From: Callorhinchus milii
Lineage: Eukaryota
DNA length: 64,000 nt
NCBI RefSeq assembly: GCF_018977255.1
Contig: NW_024704742.1
Span: forward strand, 116,500,001-116,564,000
Direction: 5' to 3'
This document shows positions 39,226 through 51,665 of the stretch, one piece after another. Position numbers and translations under genes: made by a program. The notes beneath the pieces are model-generated. The model searched no databases. It was given only the letters and a program-made list of their open reading frames with translations, and was not told the origin of the DNA. The number at the start of each line of letters is the position of its first letter. Within the stretch, counting starts at the first letter, position 1.

Positions 39226-39858
39226 CCCGGCTCCGCCACTGTCTCACACCGCAGGCCGCTGAAACCCTCATTCATGCCTTCATTACATCGAGGCTTGACT
39301 ATGCAAACTCATTGCTTGTTGGCCTCCCCAACTCCTCCCTCCACAGGCTGCAGATCATCCAGAACTCTGCAGCCCGTGTCCTCTCCCGCACTAGGCTCCA
39401 AGATCCTATCAACCCCATCCTTACCCAACTCCACTGGCTTCCCATCACATAGAAGATACAGTTCAAGATCCTGGTTCTCACCTTCAAAGCCCTCCACGGT
39501 CTTGCTCCCCCCTACCTCTGCGACCTAATCCCCTACCAACCTGTTCGCTCCCTCCGCTCAGCGGGCTCCGGCCTGCTTCACATCCCCCGCCTTGCTCGCC
39601 AAACAATTATTGGCGGGCGGGCCTTCCGCCACTCTGCACCCACTCTCTGGAACTTCATCCTGCAGTGCCTCCGTCTCGCCCCCTCCTTCAAGACCCACCT
39701 CAAGACCCTCCTCTTCTACTGTACTTTCAATCTCCCTGCTTCCCCCCTGCCCTCCACTCTCCCCTACCCCGACCCTCAGCTCGGGTCCGGAACTCTGTCT
39801 GTCCTCCCGACATGAAAGGGGTTATACAAATGTCATTTTGTTGTTGTTTGTTGTTGTT
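39226..39858 (+). mobile_element. L2 LINE 3' fragment
   Basis: AAETLIHAFITSRLDYANSLL...LHWLPI; (ttg)n tail. Confidence 0.88.
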
Positions 39859-40211
39859 ACTTGCACCTTTCAGTCCCATTTACCTGCCTCTTTCACGTAC
39901 TCCTGTAGCTGACGCTTCAGTTATCTGTCTAGTTATCGCTTGAAGATCAATATGGCTTCTCTCTCAATCACCACTCCTAGCAGAATACTTCATATCTTAT
40001 CTATTCTGCACATGAAAAAATTCCTGTAATCTCCGCAGTTGTTCATTTACCAACTACAGTCAAAACTGTCTTCAAAAACTACTCAGAGGACTGAGCCAAA
40101 GTGACCTTTATACGTAAGAGTTTGTCGTTGTGTGATCCAGGCTGTCCAGGCTTTTCCAGAGTGATTGTTAACAGGGGATAGTTACTGAATAGAGATGGCT
40201 GTTTGAATTTC

Positions 40212-41588
40212 TAGAACGCATCGTTGCCAACCAACTTCACGCACACCTCTCCTCCCACTCCCTCTTCGAGCCCCTCCAGTCCGGTTTCCGCCCTGCCCAC
40301 AGCACAGAGACTGCACTTGTGAAAGTCACAAACGACATCCTCTCTAGCTGTGACCAGGGCTCCCTGTGCCTCATCCTCCTGGACTTCTCCGCTGCGTTCC
40401 GACACAGTTGATCACGCCATCCTCCTCCACCGCCTTTCCTCCGTCATCCACCTCAGTGGGACCGCACTTGCCTAGTCCTACCGCATAAACCGCCAGCAGT
40501 ACATCTGCACAAACGGCTTCTCCTCCCGCTCTCACCTGGTCACCTGGGGTACCCCAAGGATCCATCCTTGGCCCCTTCCTCTTTCTGATCTATATGCTCC
40601 CTCTTGGGGATGTCGTCCGCAGACATGGGGTACACTTCCACATGTACGCAGACGACACCCAACTCTATTTATATTTTTCCACCTCTCTTTGCGACCCCCA
40701 GTCCCCTGATGTTCTGTCAGTCTGCCTGTCAGCTCTCAGGGGCTGGATGAGTGCAAATTTCCTTCAGCTGAACTTTGACAAGACGGAAGCCATACTCTTT
40801 GGCTCTCGTCAACATCTAAAATCTCATGGCTCTCACCTCCTCCACCTACCCGCCCTCCCCCTAAAACTCTCCGAACCCGTATGCAACCTAGGCATCAAGT
40901 TTGACCCCCAATTATCCTTCCTCCCCCACATCCGGTCCCTCACCAGCACCGCCTTCTACCACCTCCGACGCATCACCCGTATCCGCCAATACCTCTCCCC
41001 AAAAGCCGCTGAAACCCTGGTCTAAGCTTTTGTCACCTCTCGGCTGGACTATTCTAACGTCCTCCTCGCCGGTCTCCCATCCACTACCATCCATAAAATC
41101 CAAATCATTCAAAACTCTACCGCCCGCATTCTCACCCGTATGAAACTCCATTCCCCAATCACCCCAGTCCTTGCCGGACTGCACTGGCTGCCTATACCAG
41201 AGAGGATCGATTTCAAGATCCTCACCCTTGTATACAAGTCCCTGCACTCCTCTGCACTCCCCTACCTCTCTGACCTCCTCTCTCTCCTCAAACCAGTACC
41301 CGTTGCCTTCGTTCCTCCGGGTCTGGCCTCCTCCTCATCCGCCGAGTCCTCCGCTCCACCCTCGGTGGCCGTGCGTTCAGCCACTATGCCCCGAGGCTCT
41401 GGAACTCCCTTCCTCACTCCCTTTGTCTCGCTCCCTCCCTTCCCATTTTCAGGTCTCTGCTGAAGACCTTTCTTTTCGACCTCGCCTTTGGTCACCTTCC
41501 TCCCCCTCCCCCTGGCTCGGCCCCGGGATCCATTACTGTAAAGTGCTCTGAGACGCCGCTATATAAATCCAAGTTGTTGTTGTTGTTG
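40212..41588 (+). mobile_element. L2 LINE ORF2 fragment (divergent subfamily)
   Basis: [55 protein letters not shown]; different 3' tail from the other copies. Confidence 0.9.
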
Positions 41589-43199
41589 AACAGGATTGAC
41601 TACATCTTAAATTGATGCCACACCAGCACAGGTGTGTGAGTGGAACGAATTTCTACCTGTTGACTCTTATCAAAAACCCTCATAATTTTAAAGACTTATT
41701 AGTTTGAATGGGCTGAATACATTATTTAATAAATAATTACACTTATGTAGCACCTTTCAGGCAGGAGGACATCCCACACAGTGCTTCAAGCATCTGACTG
41801 GGAGCCTCAACTGTCTGGCGAGGGAGAAGATGACCAAAAATGCAGTTGAATGGATAGGTCTTAAGGTCCCAGTTGGGGAGAATTAGATAAGCAGGATCAA
41901 TCCCTCTGGGTAGAAAGCAAGTATTTCATTCTGGATACTAGAATTTCCACTGTTGGTGAAACTCAATCTGGGTTGGTTAGTCTTAAGCATAGTAATTGTT
42001 TTCTACATGTGTCAGAAACCTGGTTGACCAAAAAAGGATTTTACTGTAACAAAAACAGAGAGAGCTGGGAAAACTCAGCAGGTCAGGCAGCATCTATAGA
42101 GAAAGGAAAGTGAGTCAACGTTTTGGGTCCACGACCCTTCGTCAGAAGGATTTTACTGTGCAGTGACTGTGTAGTAGCCAATTTGCACATAGGAATGTCC
42201 TACTAAAAGACATGAGGTGAATAACCATTTTTACGTGACTGATTGTTGGCCAAGACACTAGGATAGACTGCCTTCAGTAAAACCTCAGTATACCATCTCA
42301 TCTGAAGGATGGCACCTTCAACAATGCAGCACTTAATTGGAGTTTCAGCCTAGACTATCTGAGTTCAGAGTGCTGATGTGGCCTTCAGCCTTTCTGTCCC
42401 CACTCTCTGGAGTGGGGACAGAAAAGTCCCTTCGCCTTGGCCCTTCCTTCATCTCCTTCAAGCTCTCAAGACTTTCCTTGTTGACTCCACCTTCGGTCAT
42501 CTTCCTGCCTTCAACCCTCCTCAATCCAACCCTCAGCTCCCACCTCCCATCTCAACTATTCAAATTCCTCAACAGTCTCCCCAGCTCCAGTATCCACAAA
42601 ATCCTGTTAATATAAAACTTCACCGCCTGCATATTCAAGTGTACTCTGTACTCTGTACTCCCATCACTCCAGGCTCCACATGACAGAACAGATTGACTTC
42701 AAGATGTTCACTCGTCTTCATTCCCTAACACGTCCCTGCATCTCCAACCTGCTCATTCCCCAACCCACTACTCACTGCTTCTGCTCGACTGGTTCCAGCC
42801 TCTTGCTTGTCCCTCATGCCCTCTGTTCCACCATCGGTGAACGTGCTTTCAGCCACTACGCCCTGAAACTCTGAAACACACTTCCTCCATCCATGCGATA
42901 TCCTTCACCACCTTCAGGTCGCGCCTGAAGACCTTCCTCTTTCACCGTGTCTACAGTCACCTCCCCCCCCCCGGTCGGTGTTGCGCTCCGACACTGTCAG
43001 ATGCTCTGGGACTCTACCCCGCATGAGGGGTGCTACATAAACGCAAGTTGTTGTTGGGTGCAATCCCTGCGATGTCCTCCTGATGTGAAAGGCGCTATGG
43101 AGGTGGTTGTTGTCGTTGCTGCTGCAGAGGTCAGAGCGTTATTGACTGAGTCACTTGCTGTCTCCGCCCCCCCCGTGTCACACAACAATGGGGATCTTG

Positions 43200-43296
43200 G
43201 CGCATGCGTGTTTGAGGCGTGTAGAGAATCGGGTTCTAGGACCCGGCGGGGAAAGCTCAAAAAAAAAACTGATCACGTGAACACGGCTCACGTGAC
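43200..43296 (+). promoter_or_regulatory. HEXB: HEXB promoter with two CLEAR (TFEB/TFE3/MITF) E-boxes and an NRF1-like site in a CpG island
   Basis: TCACGTGA at 43273-43280, TCACGTGAC at 43288-43296, GCGCATGCGT at 43200-43209; ATG at 43373. Confidence 0.8.
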
Positions 43297-43372
43297 CTAC
43301 ATGTCCTTCGGTTTAAGGCGAGGCGGCGCGAGCGGGTGGCGGGGGCGCCTTCAGAGTTTGTCCGCGCGGGGA

Positions 43373-43835
43373 ATGACGCCGCCGGTGGTTGTCCGCGCGC
43401 TGGGCTCGGCCCTGCTCCTGCTCGGGCTCGTGCTGTGCCTCCCAACGGCCGCCGCTCGGAAAACGACGGAGCCGCCCGAGTGGACCGTCCCGAAGGAGGA
43501 CACGGACTCGCCCTACGGCTCCCTCTGGCCGCTGCCCCAGACGGTTCGCTTTGACGGCGAGTGCTACCGCCTGAACCAAGGCCGCTTCCAGATCCTTCAC
43601 TCGAGCACGTCGACGGCGACCGTCGGCTGCGGCATCCTGGACGACGCCTTCCGCCGGTATTTCGGTTACATCTTCAGCTCGTCCTACCGGACAACCCACC
43701 GCCGCCCAGTCTCGAGCGGCCCCGAGGATAAGGAGAAGTCCGCCCCCGTGCCCGAAATGCTTCAGCTGCAGGTCACCGTCACCTGGAAGGACCCCGAGTG
43801 TGACAAGTACCCGAGCGTCACCTCCAACGAGGCGT
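43373..43835 (+). CDS. HEXB: HEXB coding exon 1 (signal peptide plus N-terminal domain; equals human exons 1+2)
   Basis: MTPPVVVRALGSALLLLGLVLCLPTAAA signal peptide; LWPLPQ; CGILDDAFRRYFGYIF; ECDKYPSVTSNEA; phase-1 donor GTGAGT at 43836. Confidence 0.93.
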
Positions 43836-43844
43836 GTGAGTACC

Positions 43845-44050
43845 GACCCCGGGAGGGGGGGGGACCCCGGCCCCGGGAGGGGGGGGGACCCCGGCCCCCG
43901 GGAGGGGGGGGGGGACCCCGGGAGGGGGGGGGGACCCCGGGAGGGGGGGGGGACCCGGCCCCGGGAGGGGGGGGGGACCCCGGGAGGGGGGGGGGACCCC
44001 GGGAGGGGGGGGACCCCGGGAGGGGGGGGGGGGACCCCGGCCCCGGCGGC
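43845..44050. repeat. G/C-rich minisatellite (GGACCCCGGGAGGGGGGG)n at the start of HEXB intron 1
   Basis: Directly visible, about 9-10 units with variable G-run length. Confidence 0.9.
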
Positions 44051-45057
44051 CCCGCAGCGCCATGTCTTTCCCTTTCGGCTGAGCGCTGCTGCACAACAGC
44101 GCTCCTTCCACTCGCTCCGACTCCCTCTCACTCGGGAGGGAGGACGTCTCCGAGCGCTGGATCGGATTTATTGTGAAGTGCTCCTCGAGAGAGAGAGAGA
44201 GAGATCTCTTCGTTTTCGGAGTCGCCCTGTGGGTACCTGTCATGGTGTCCTGTAGCGCGGTGAGAGAGACAGAGACAGAGAGGGTCGGTTCTCCGGCGGA
44301 ACCAAACCTCGGGCGAGTTTCCTGTTTTTACTCCCCTCCCTCCCCCCCCACTCCCGTTTTCCCGCAGTGAATGGGAACCCGGTTGTTAATCAGTTGGTGG
44401 ATCACTTTCCAGGGCAAATAAATCCCTTTTTTTTAATATACACACAAAAAATCTGGTCATCCAATCCACAGGGCCGTTGGCTGTTTGTGGGGCACCGCTG
44501 TGTGCTGTCGGCGCCGTGTTTCGCCCACAAAACAGGCAGTGGATCCACTTTACAATATATATATTATATTATATATATAATATATATATTGTATATTATA
44601 TATATAGTGAAGCGCTTTGGAACGGTCTCAATCAAGTGATCAGGTGCGATATCACCTGCAAGGATTATTATTATTATTATTATCATCATCATTTTATCGT
44701 CCACCTGAACGAGCAGACGGGGACTTTGAGTTGATGTATTGTCTGAAGGCAATATAACTCTTCGCCCTCCCTGCCCCAGCGCTGCATCGGACTGTCACGT
44801 TAGACTGAATTTAAACATCCTGATGTGAGCCTTCTGACTCTGAGATGAGACTGCTGTCACCGGAGCCGGTCTGAAACCTCCTTAAAAAAAACATAACGTA
44901 TACTAAGCTTTCCTAAATACTAGGGCATAGAGTGTTTGACTATTCATTTTTTTTTGGGGGGGGGGATTTTTGCCCAGAATCAGATTGATTTGGCTGTCAC
45001 ATTGGTCGCTACGTGACACAAGGGGCGAGAAGGGGAAGTGGGTAATGTTCCTTATTT

Positions 45058-45372
45058 GGAGCCCTGTAGCTCAGTGGTTAGAGCACTCGCCTCTCAAGCG
45101 AGAGACCTGGGTTTGATTCCCAGCAGGGGGCAAAACCTTAAGCAGGTTTCCTTATTCCACACACCTAATAATAATGCCTCAAGAAAAATAATAATAAATT
45201 GGTCACTTCAAGGCACGACTGTTTGTGGGACGCTGCTGTGTGCAATTTGGCTGCCGCATTTCGCCCACAAATATACAGTCAATTCACTTTGTAGTATATT
45301 CTGTGAAGCGCTTTGAGACGTCTAGAAGGCGGGAAAAGCTCTATATCAAATGCAAGGATTATTATTATTATT
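45058..45372 (+). mobile_element. tRNA-derived SINE ending about 40 nt before HEXB exon 2
   Basis: ggagccctgtagctcagtggttagagcactcgc head; (att)n tail. Confidence 0.85.
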
Positions 45373-45410
45373 TAGCAGACTTCCCTGATTAATTTAGATT
45401 TGCCTTGCAG

Positions 45411-45476
45411 ATGAAATCCATGTTTCGAAACTTAGGGCTACCCTGAAAGCAGAGACGGTATGGGGTGCCCTACGAG
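45411..45476 (+). CDS. HEXB: HEXB coding exon 2 (66 bp)
   Basis: AG/GT bounded; YEIHVSKLRATLKAETVWGALRG; same length as human exon 3. Confidence 0.95.
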
Positions 45477-46435
45477 GTATGTAGCTTCATACTCTGGCAA
45501 ATTGGTTTCATTTGTGCAGCTCAGTAGAAAATACACTTTATGTAGATAGATAATTGTTTAGATGTGAATTCAATGGTCTTGGTCTTGCTGTGTGTATATA
45601 TACATGCATTTAAAAAATGGAATTGGTGGAAGAGAAAAAAAGACTAGTACTAAGGTTACACCAACTTTCATTTATATAGTGCCCTTTAAACTGGATAGCA
45701 TCTCAAGAGTCTTGACCACTTAACAGTGGCAGAGCTTGATGCTGAGCCTGGGAAAGGGGGGTGGTAACCAGGCTCAATCTACTACTGTTTGTGGGACACT
45801 GCTGTGTGCAGTTGACTGCTGTGTTTTTCCCACAAAATACAATCACTGCACTTTACAGTATATTCTGTGAAGCACTTTGAGATGTCTCGGAGACGTGGTA
45901 AGGTGTTGTATCAACGACTCCTGGCACACGTTAGCAGACATTTTTAGATAGCAATACAATTTACATTTATAGAGTGCCTTTCAAATTGGAAGGATGCATC
46001 AAAGTGTTTGACAATACTTGAATGGGCACCCAAGCTGTCGATTGGAGCCAAATGCAAGGATTATGGGATCCAAATGCAAGGGTGGGGAGGGAAAGATGAC
46101 CGAAAGCGCAGTCAGAGGTATGTTTTGAGATGTGCCTTGATCGAGGAAATGGAGCAAATGATGGAAATGATCGGATTTTTTTTTAAAAAAGTAATTAGAC
46201 AACAATACATAGTGCAAACAATTATCATGATTTTGTTGAAACTTGTTTAGTATATTAGTTTTCCAGTTTTTTTTACATGAATGTATCTGAATTAGAAAAT
46301 GAACTTCTCCAAAATGCATTTTTTTATTGTAGTCTTTCAGGATCATTTGTAAAATAAATAGTTTATCGCCAGAAGAAATTTTCTAAAACCACTATTTTGC
46401 TAACATAACTTGCGATAAATATTTTTTTGTTTCAG

Positions 46436-46482
46436 GATTAGAGACATTTAGCCAATTGGTTTATGAAGATGATTATGATACT
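46436..46482 (+). CDS. HEXB: HEXB coding exon 3 (47 bp)
   Basis: AG/GT bounded; GLETFSQLVYEDDYDT. Confidence 0.95.
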
Positions 46483-48004
46483 GTAAGTTTTTTGTTTGGA
46501 ATGTCTCAGTTATGAAGTTGAATATTGTCATATTGTTTTGTGACTGGTTTTGTTTTTTATTAAATGGATTTTTAAATAAATTTCTGCTGTGTTTTGGGAT
46601 CACTCTATCAAGTTACAGTATACAAATTTATTTTCGCGCATCAAACATTTGCGTGGGCAAATTTTCGCAGATGGCCCACATTAAGCTTAAAAAAAACCTT
46701 ACTTGTGTGCCAGCCTCACAATAACAGTTTGAATTGTTTTCATGAGCCTGGAACATGCTTGTCCAGCCGCTGCTGTGCTCACAGGTAAGGTTTTTTGCTT
46801 TAAATTATTACAAGATTTGTTTTTGCTTATACTGTAGTGTTTCGTGATTTTCACAGCAATTAATGCCTGTAAAAATATTTATGTATGCTACAAACTACCA
46901 ATTGTTGCTGAATGTAACACAATTTGTAGCAACAAGAGAACTGATGTATCCATCTCTTTGTTTATGGGACAAAAAGGTCCATTCTTTGCTTAACTCTATA
47001 TCGTAATTCTCTCCTTTACTAAAAGAACTTGCTGATGAGCATATGCTGACTTGCAGTTTATTGTTATCAGGGATTACTTGTTTATGTTTAGCTTCACGGG
47101 TTTTGTGTTTTTGTGTCCAAAAACAAGAGAAAGAAAGGTATGTGTGTGTTGGGGAGCGGGGGGGCGAGAGGAGGGGGCAAACATAATGTAGTTAGTAAAA
47201 CAGGGGATTTCTAAACGCACAAGACAGAATAGTCTTGTGCGTTTCACCCACAAAATGTAAGTCAATTCACTTCACAGTATATTCTGTGACGTGCTTTGAA
47301 ACGTCTTGAAGACCTGATAAGGTGCTATATCAAAAACAAGGATTATTGTTTATTAGGGCTTCACCCAAGTTCCCTACTTGTGGTGGCAGAATATGTAACT
47401 TTGTTGCACCGAATCTATAATCCATTTATATTGCTGCAGTGATGGCTTGTATAGTTAACCCATAGAACATTGTAATAATACCCTCAATTATAGTATATCC
47501 TATGATGAGTTTTGAGAGGTCTTGACGACATGAGACTCTATATCAAATGTAAGAATTATTATATATTGTAATTTACATTAGATTATGTGTGTAATTCAAA
47601 TTTTGTAATCTAGAAAGGTGCTTTACATGTAATCAAATAAACTAACTGTAGTCTGCAAAAGGTAATGTATTAAAAGTTTACAAAAAATTCTGCTTTCTAT
47701 GTGTGAGCGTCCCATTAATTAGTCATGTGTTCTGTCTCTGACTTCTCTTATGAAAGGAATTAAATAGTCTTAACAAAACCAAAAAATTGAAATGGGGGAG
47801 AGGAGAAATTTACTTTCCATGGGCCCAAACTTGTTTTAATAATGGCTGTCACATAACTGATTAAATTGTCTAAATAGTGTTCTGATGTACATAATTTTTC
47901 CCATTTTTTACTTCAATACATTTATATAAATTTAAGTCCAAAACTATCACCTTAAAATTTAGTTTTGTTTTATAATAATAATAATCCAGTTATTATTCCA
48001 TTAA

Positions 48005-48575
48005 TAATGCATTTGATATAGTGCTTTTCACGTCATCTAGACTTCTCAAAGCACTTCACAGAATAGACTGTAAAGTGAATTAACTGTATATTTGGGGGCG
48101 AAACCCGGCAGCCAATTGCGCACGGCAGTGTCCCATAAACAGTCTTGGTTTGAAGTGACCAATTTATTATTGTTTTATTTTCTTGAGGGAATATTATCAG
48201 GCATGTGGAGTTAGAAAACTTGCCCAAGGTTTCACCCTGCTGGGAATCGAACCCAGGTCTCACTTGCAAGCAACAACAAGATTTCATTTATAGAGCGCCT
48301 TTCACGTCGGGAGGACGTCCAAAGGCGCTGGACAGTTGGGTCGGGACCCGAGCATTGGGGGAAATGGTCAGGGTGAGGGGAGGAAAGGAGGGGGCGAGGG
48401 AGGAGGGGGTAGAGAGTCCAGAGGGGAGCTGAAGGCACGGTCGAAGAAAAAGGTCTTGAGACCGGCCTTGAAGGAGGAAAGGGAGGAAGCAAGGCGAAGG
48501 CACTGGGGGATGGAGTTCCAGAGCCTAGGGGCTGAAGGCAAAGCAAGTGCTCTAACCACTGAGCTACAGGACTCT
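48005..48575 (-). mobile_element. tRNA-derived SINE interrupted by an L2 3' fragment (about 48270-48540, minus)
   Basis: SINE sequence breaks at cacttgcaa and resumes at aagcaagtgctctaaccactgagc; the insert matches the 3' end of the L2 at 26440-26708. Confidence 0.8.
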
Positions 48576-48734
48576 ACGTAATTTGCCAAATTACTGATGC
48601 ATTTTTAACAACGTAAAGAATTTTTCTTTGAATGTTTAAATCACTGTGATTTTAAACTTCATATCAAGTTTCAGTTAGATTTTTGCCAATATCGTAAATA
48701 CTGATGGATCTCTCTAAATGTTCTGTTTTTTCAG

Positions 48735-48845
48735 CATCTCATTAATAAAACGGATATTATTGATTTCCCAAGATTTACTCACAGAGGAATCCTCATCGAT
48801 TCTTCACGACACTACCTACCTGTAGAAGTAATTCTTCAAACGTTG
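48735..48845 (+). CDS. HEXB: HEXB coding exon 4 (111 bp)
   Basis: [41 protein letters not shown] bounded. Confidence 0.96.
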
Positions 48846-49240
48846 GTAAGTAGCTGTTTTAACTGAATAATAATAATGTTATTGAAGCAATTTGAAAACT
48901 AAGAATCTTGGGTTGACAATTGCAGAATAAAATCTTTACTAACTGTTGAAAGTGTTTTTTAAATCTTTTGGCTTTCTGATCATGTATGATCATTCTTTCA
49001 GCTCTATCTTTTGTGGTCAGTGGGCTTTTGACAGGCAAGTTGCACAGCAAAAAAAAAACAAGCCTGTCAACTAAAATTCTTTGCATTGTGCCGTCAGTAG
49101 TTCTTTCAAAAATTAAATTTGCCATAATGTTTTAAGATAGGCTAAAATGGGCTCCTGAATTCAGGGTCATTAGCTGCGTAAAAGTGCCTTTTGCGTATCC
49201 TACATGTCGTATAACTCTTAATTTTTACTTTTTATTTCAG

Positions 49241-49342
49241 GATGCCATGTCTTTCAATAAATTTAATGTTTTGCACTGGCACATTGTGGATGACCAATCA
49301 TTCCCTTATCAGAGTATTACGTTTCCCGAACTGAGTCAGCAG
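49241..49342 (+). CDS. HEXB: HEXB coding exon 5 (102 bp)
   Basis: [38 protein letters not shown] bounded. Confidence 0.96.
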
Positions 49343-49419
49343 GTCAGTGTTGAAACCATATGGGCACTTTGTTCTACCAGCATTATTATTGCACAAAGCT
49401 AGGAGTAAAATGACCATGA

Positions 49420-49650
49420 GCTTTTTGGGCCGCTGGTTGTCTGATACCCATAGAAACCCATCACCATGCTTAAGAGTATCCAACCCAACTGAGAATTCCT
49501 TGCATCCCAGCTACACATAAAAATTCCAGAGATAGATTGTTGGAATGGAATGCGCACTCTCTCCTGGAGGGATGTATCGTGTTTAATTAATTCTGGAATG
49601 TATTAGGTACAGGATGGCAAGAGCCAAGGCTTGGGGACCCCAGAGAGTTT
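49420..49650. repeat. Unclassified dispersed repeat, copy 3
   Basis: tagaaacccatcaccatgcttaagag...ctgagaattcc...ggcaagagccaagg. Confidence 0.65.
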
Positions 49651-50508
49651 ATTGAGAATTTAATCGTGTTCAAAAATATTTTTTAAATATAAAATTCTGT
49701 TTAGAATTTAACCTCTAAGCAGACACAAATTTTGTTGCTTAAGGTTGGCATTTGCTTATTGTAGGCTTTAGTATTAAACTAACAAATCAAAGAGCTTCAG
49801 AGTTTTTTGTGAATATGTATTTGTAGACCGATGCAGCAGACAATTTTCCCACAGCAATGTCCCTCAAACAGTCAGAAAATGAATGACCAATTTTACCTGG
49901 CAAATTGTTAGCCAAGACACTTGAAGAAACTTTCTCTGTTTTGAAATAGTGGGTTCTTTAATATCCACCTGAACAGGCAGTAAGGATTGGTTTAACATCT
50001 CAACTGAAGGCCCGCACTGCCAATAATATAGTGCTCCCCAAACACCTCATTGCAGTGCAAGACTAGACCATGAGCTCCAAGTCTCCAGCATGACACTTGA
50101 ACCTGCAATCTTCTGACCTAGAGCCCTTTTTGAACATATACATAAAATGCATTAAATGAGCTTGCAGTTATTCAGGTGCTCATTTTATTCTTAGCTTTGT
50201 GCATTCACCTGTTGAATTTATAGAAGTCCTGTATTTATATAAATATGTACACACCTCAATCTTGCATATCCAGGTTTGTTCGAGTAAGTGCAAAATTTAT
50301 ACATAGTACTTTGGAAAGGGATTTTCCTATGGAACAATTGTTTGTAATGTCGTATTTAGGTTGCAAGTAATATTGCCTCAAGTTTTAAAACTTACCTTTC
50401 AATGAATGTGAATTCCTTCAGTGACTGAGTTCAAATTTTCAAGTGCTTTCATTAATTCCTAAAATTGGTAACTTTCTTTCCCCCTCTTCCTCTGTATCTT
50501 CCTTACAG

Positions 50509-50641
50509 GGTGCATATCATCCTGTCACTCACATTTATACAGCCTCTGATGTTAAAGAAATCATTGAATATGCTCGTTTAAGAGGAGTTCGAGTCATTCC
50601 AGAATTTGACACTCCTGGACACACACAATCATGGGGGAAAG
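50509..50641 (+). CDS. HEXB: HEXB coding exon 6 (133 bp)
   Basis: [49 protein letters not shown] bounded. Confidence 0.96.
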
Positions 50642-51175
50642 GTGAGTTCAGTTTGCCTTTAATAGAAATCCAATCTGCTGTAGAACTGATGCAATGATTT
50701 ATATCCTTTAACTGAAGGCAGTGCTGAAATTGTTCATATATATAGAGTGCAGTTTAGTCAATATAATTACATTTTACATAAATGTTGAATGTAAATGAAC
50801 TTTCCTCTACACCCTGTGAATCTTTGCACAATAACTTGTTTTCAATCTCAATCTACCACGTGGTCCAATCTCTTAAATTAGATGAACTGATTTTTGTACT
50901 TGATATATTTTATGTTGGGATGTTTCAAAGCATTTCCCAGGATGTACTGTACTATAAAATGTAGTGACATTATTTTGTAGGTGAACTATCAATCTCACTG
51001 ACTGTAATGTTTGTTCAATCAGGTTTCAGTAGCTAAGTTTTAAGAATTTGTCGCATGAAGATTCACACCAATAAATCCTTAATGAATATTGTTTTGTACA
51101 TCAACATTACAATTAAATTTAATTGACAGTCCAGGCCTTCTATAATTTTTTTACTTGCATTTTGCGTTTATCTAG

Positions 51176-51356
51176 GTCAAGCCGATCTCCTTACTCAATG
51201 TTACAATGGTGAGGAGCCTAGCAGAACATTTGGACCTGTCAACCCCGCTGTAAATACGACTTTTGGCTTCATGACTAAGCTCTTTAAAGAGATCAGCCGC
51301 ACGTTTCCTGATGACTACATTCACTTGGGAGGAGATGAGGTGGATTTCTCCTGCTG
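51176..51356 (+). CDS. HEXB: HEXB coding exon 7 (181 bp; catalytic HLGGDE motif)
   Basis: [23 protein letters not shown]...[22 protein letters not shown] bounded. Confidence 0.96.
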
Positions 51357-51578
51357 GTATGAAAACTTGTAATTTTCTTGATCTTGTCCATGTGAATTTA
51401 AAATGTTTGTTCAGTTCTGCTGCCAGCAAATCTCGTATAACTCAGTAATTTTACTGAGATTGTGTAAGCCTTTCATGCTTGAATGTACATGCGTTTAATG
51501 TGTACCATCCATTTAATGTATTTCATAAAGCCATTGAATATTACAAGGCTTTGTTCTTGTTGCATTGTTTCCTTCTAG

Positions 51579-51665
51579 GAGATCAAATCCCACTGTTAAA
51601 CAGTTTATGGAGAGCCATGGTTTTGGCACTGATTATAGAAAGCTTGAATCGTTCTACATTCAGAG
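51579..51665 (+). CDS. HEXB: HEXB coding exon 8 (87 bp)
   Basis: RSNPTVKQFMESHGFGTDYRKLESFYIQ; AG/GT bounded. Confidence 0.96.

Noticed and set aside
42947..44176. 409-aa ORF as a single-exon protein
   Set aside because: Only 43373-43835 is HEXB exon 1; the 5' part is L2 tail and promoter, the 3' part is intronic G-rich repeat.
45058..45135. tRNA genes at SINE heads (also near 8690-8756, 25095-25164, 34068-34135, 38635-38705)
   Set aside because: A/B boxes continue into SINE bodies with L2-like tails; not standalone tRNAs.
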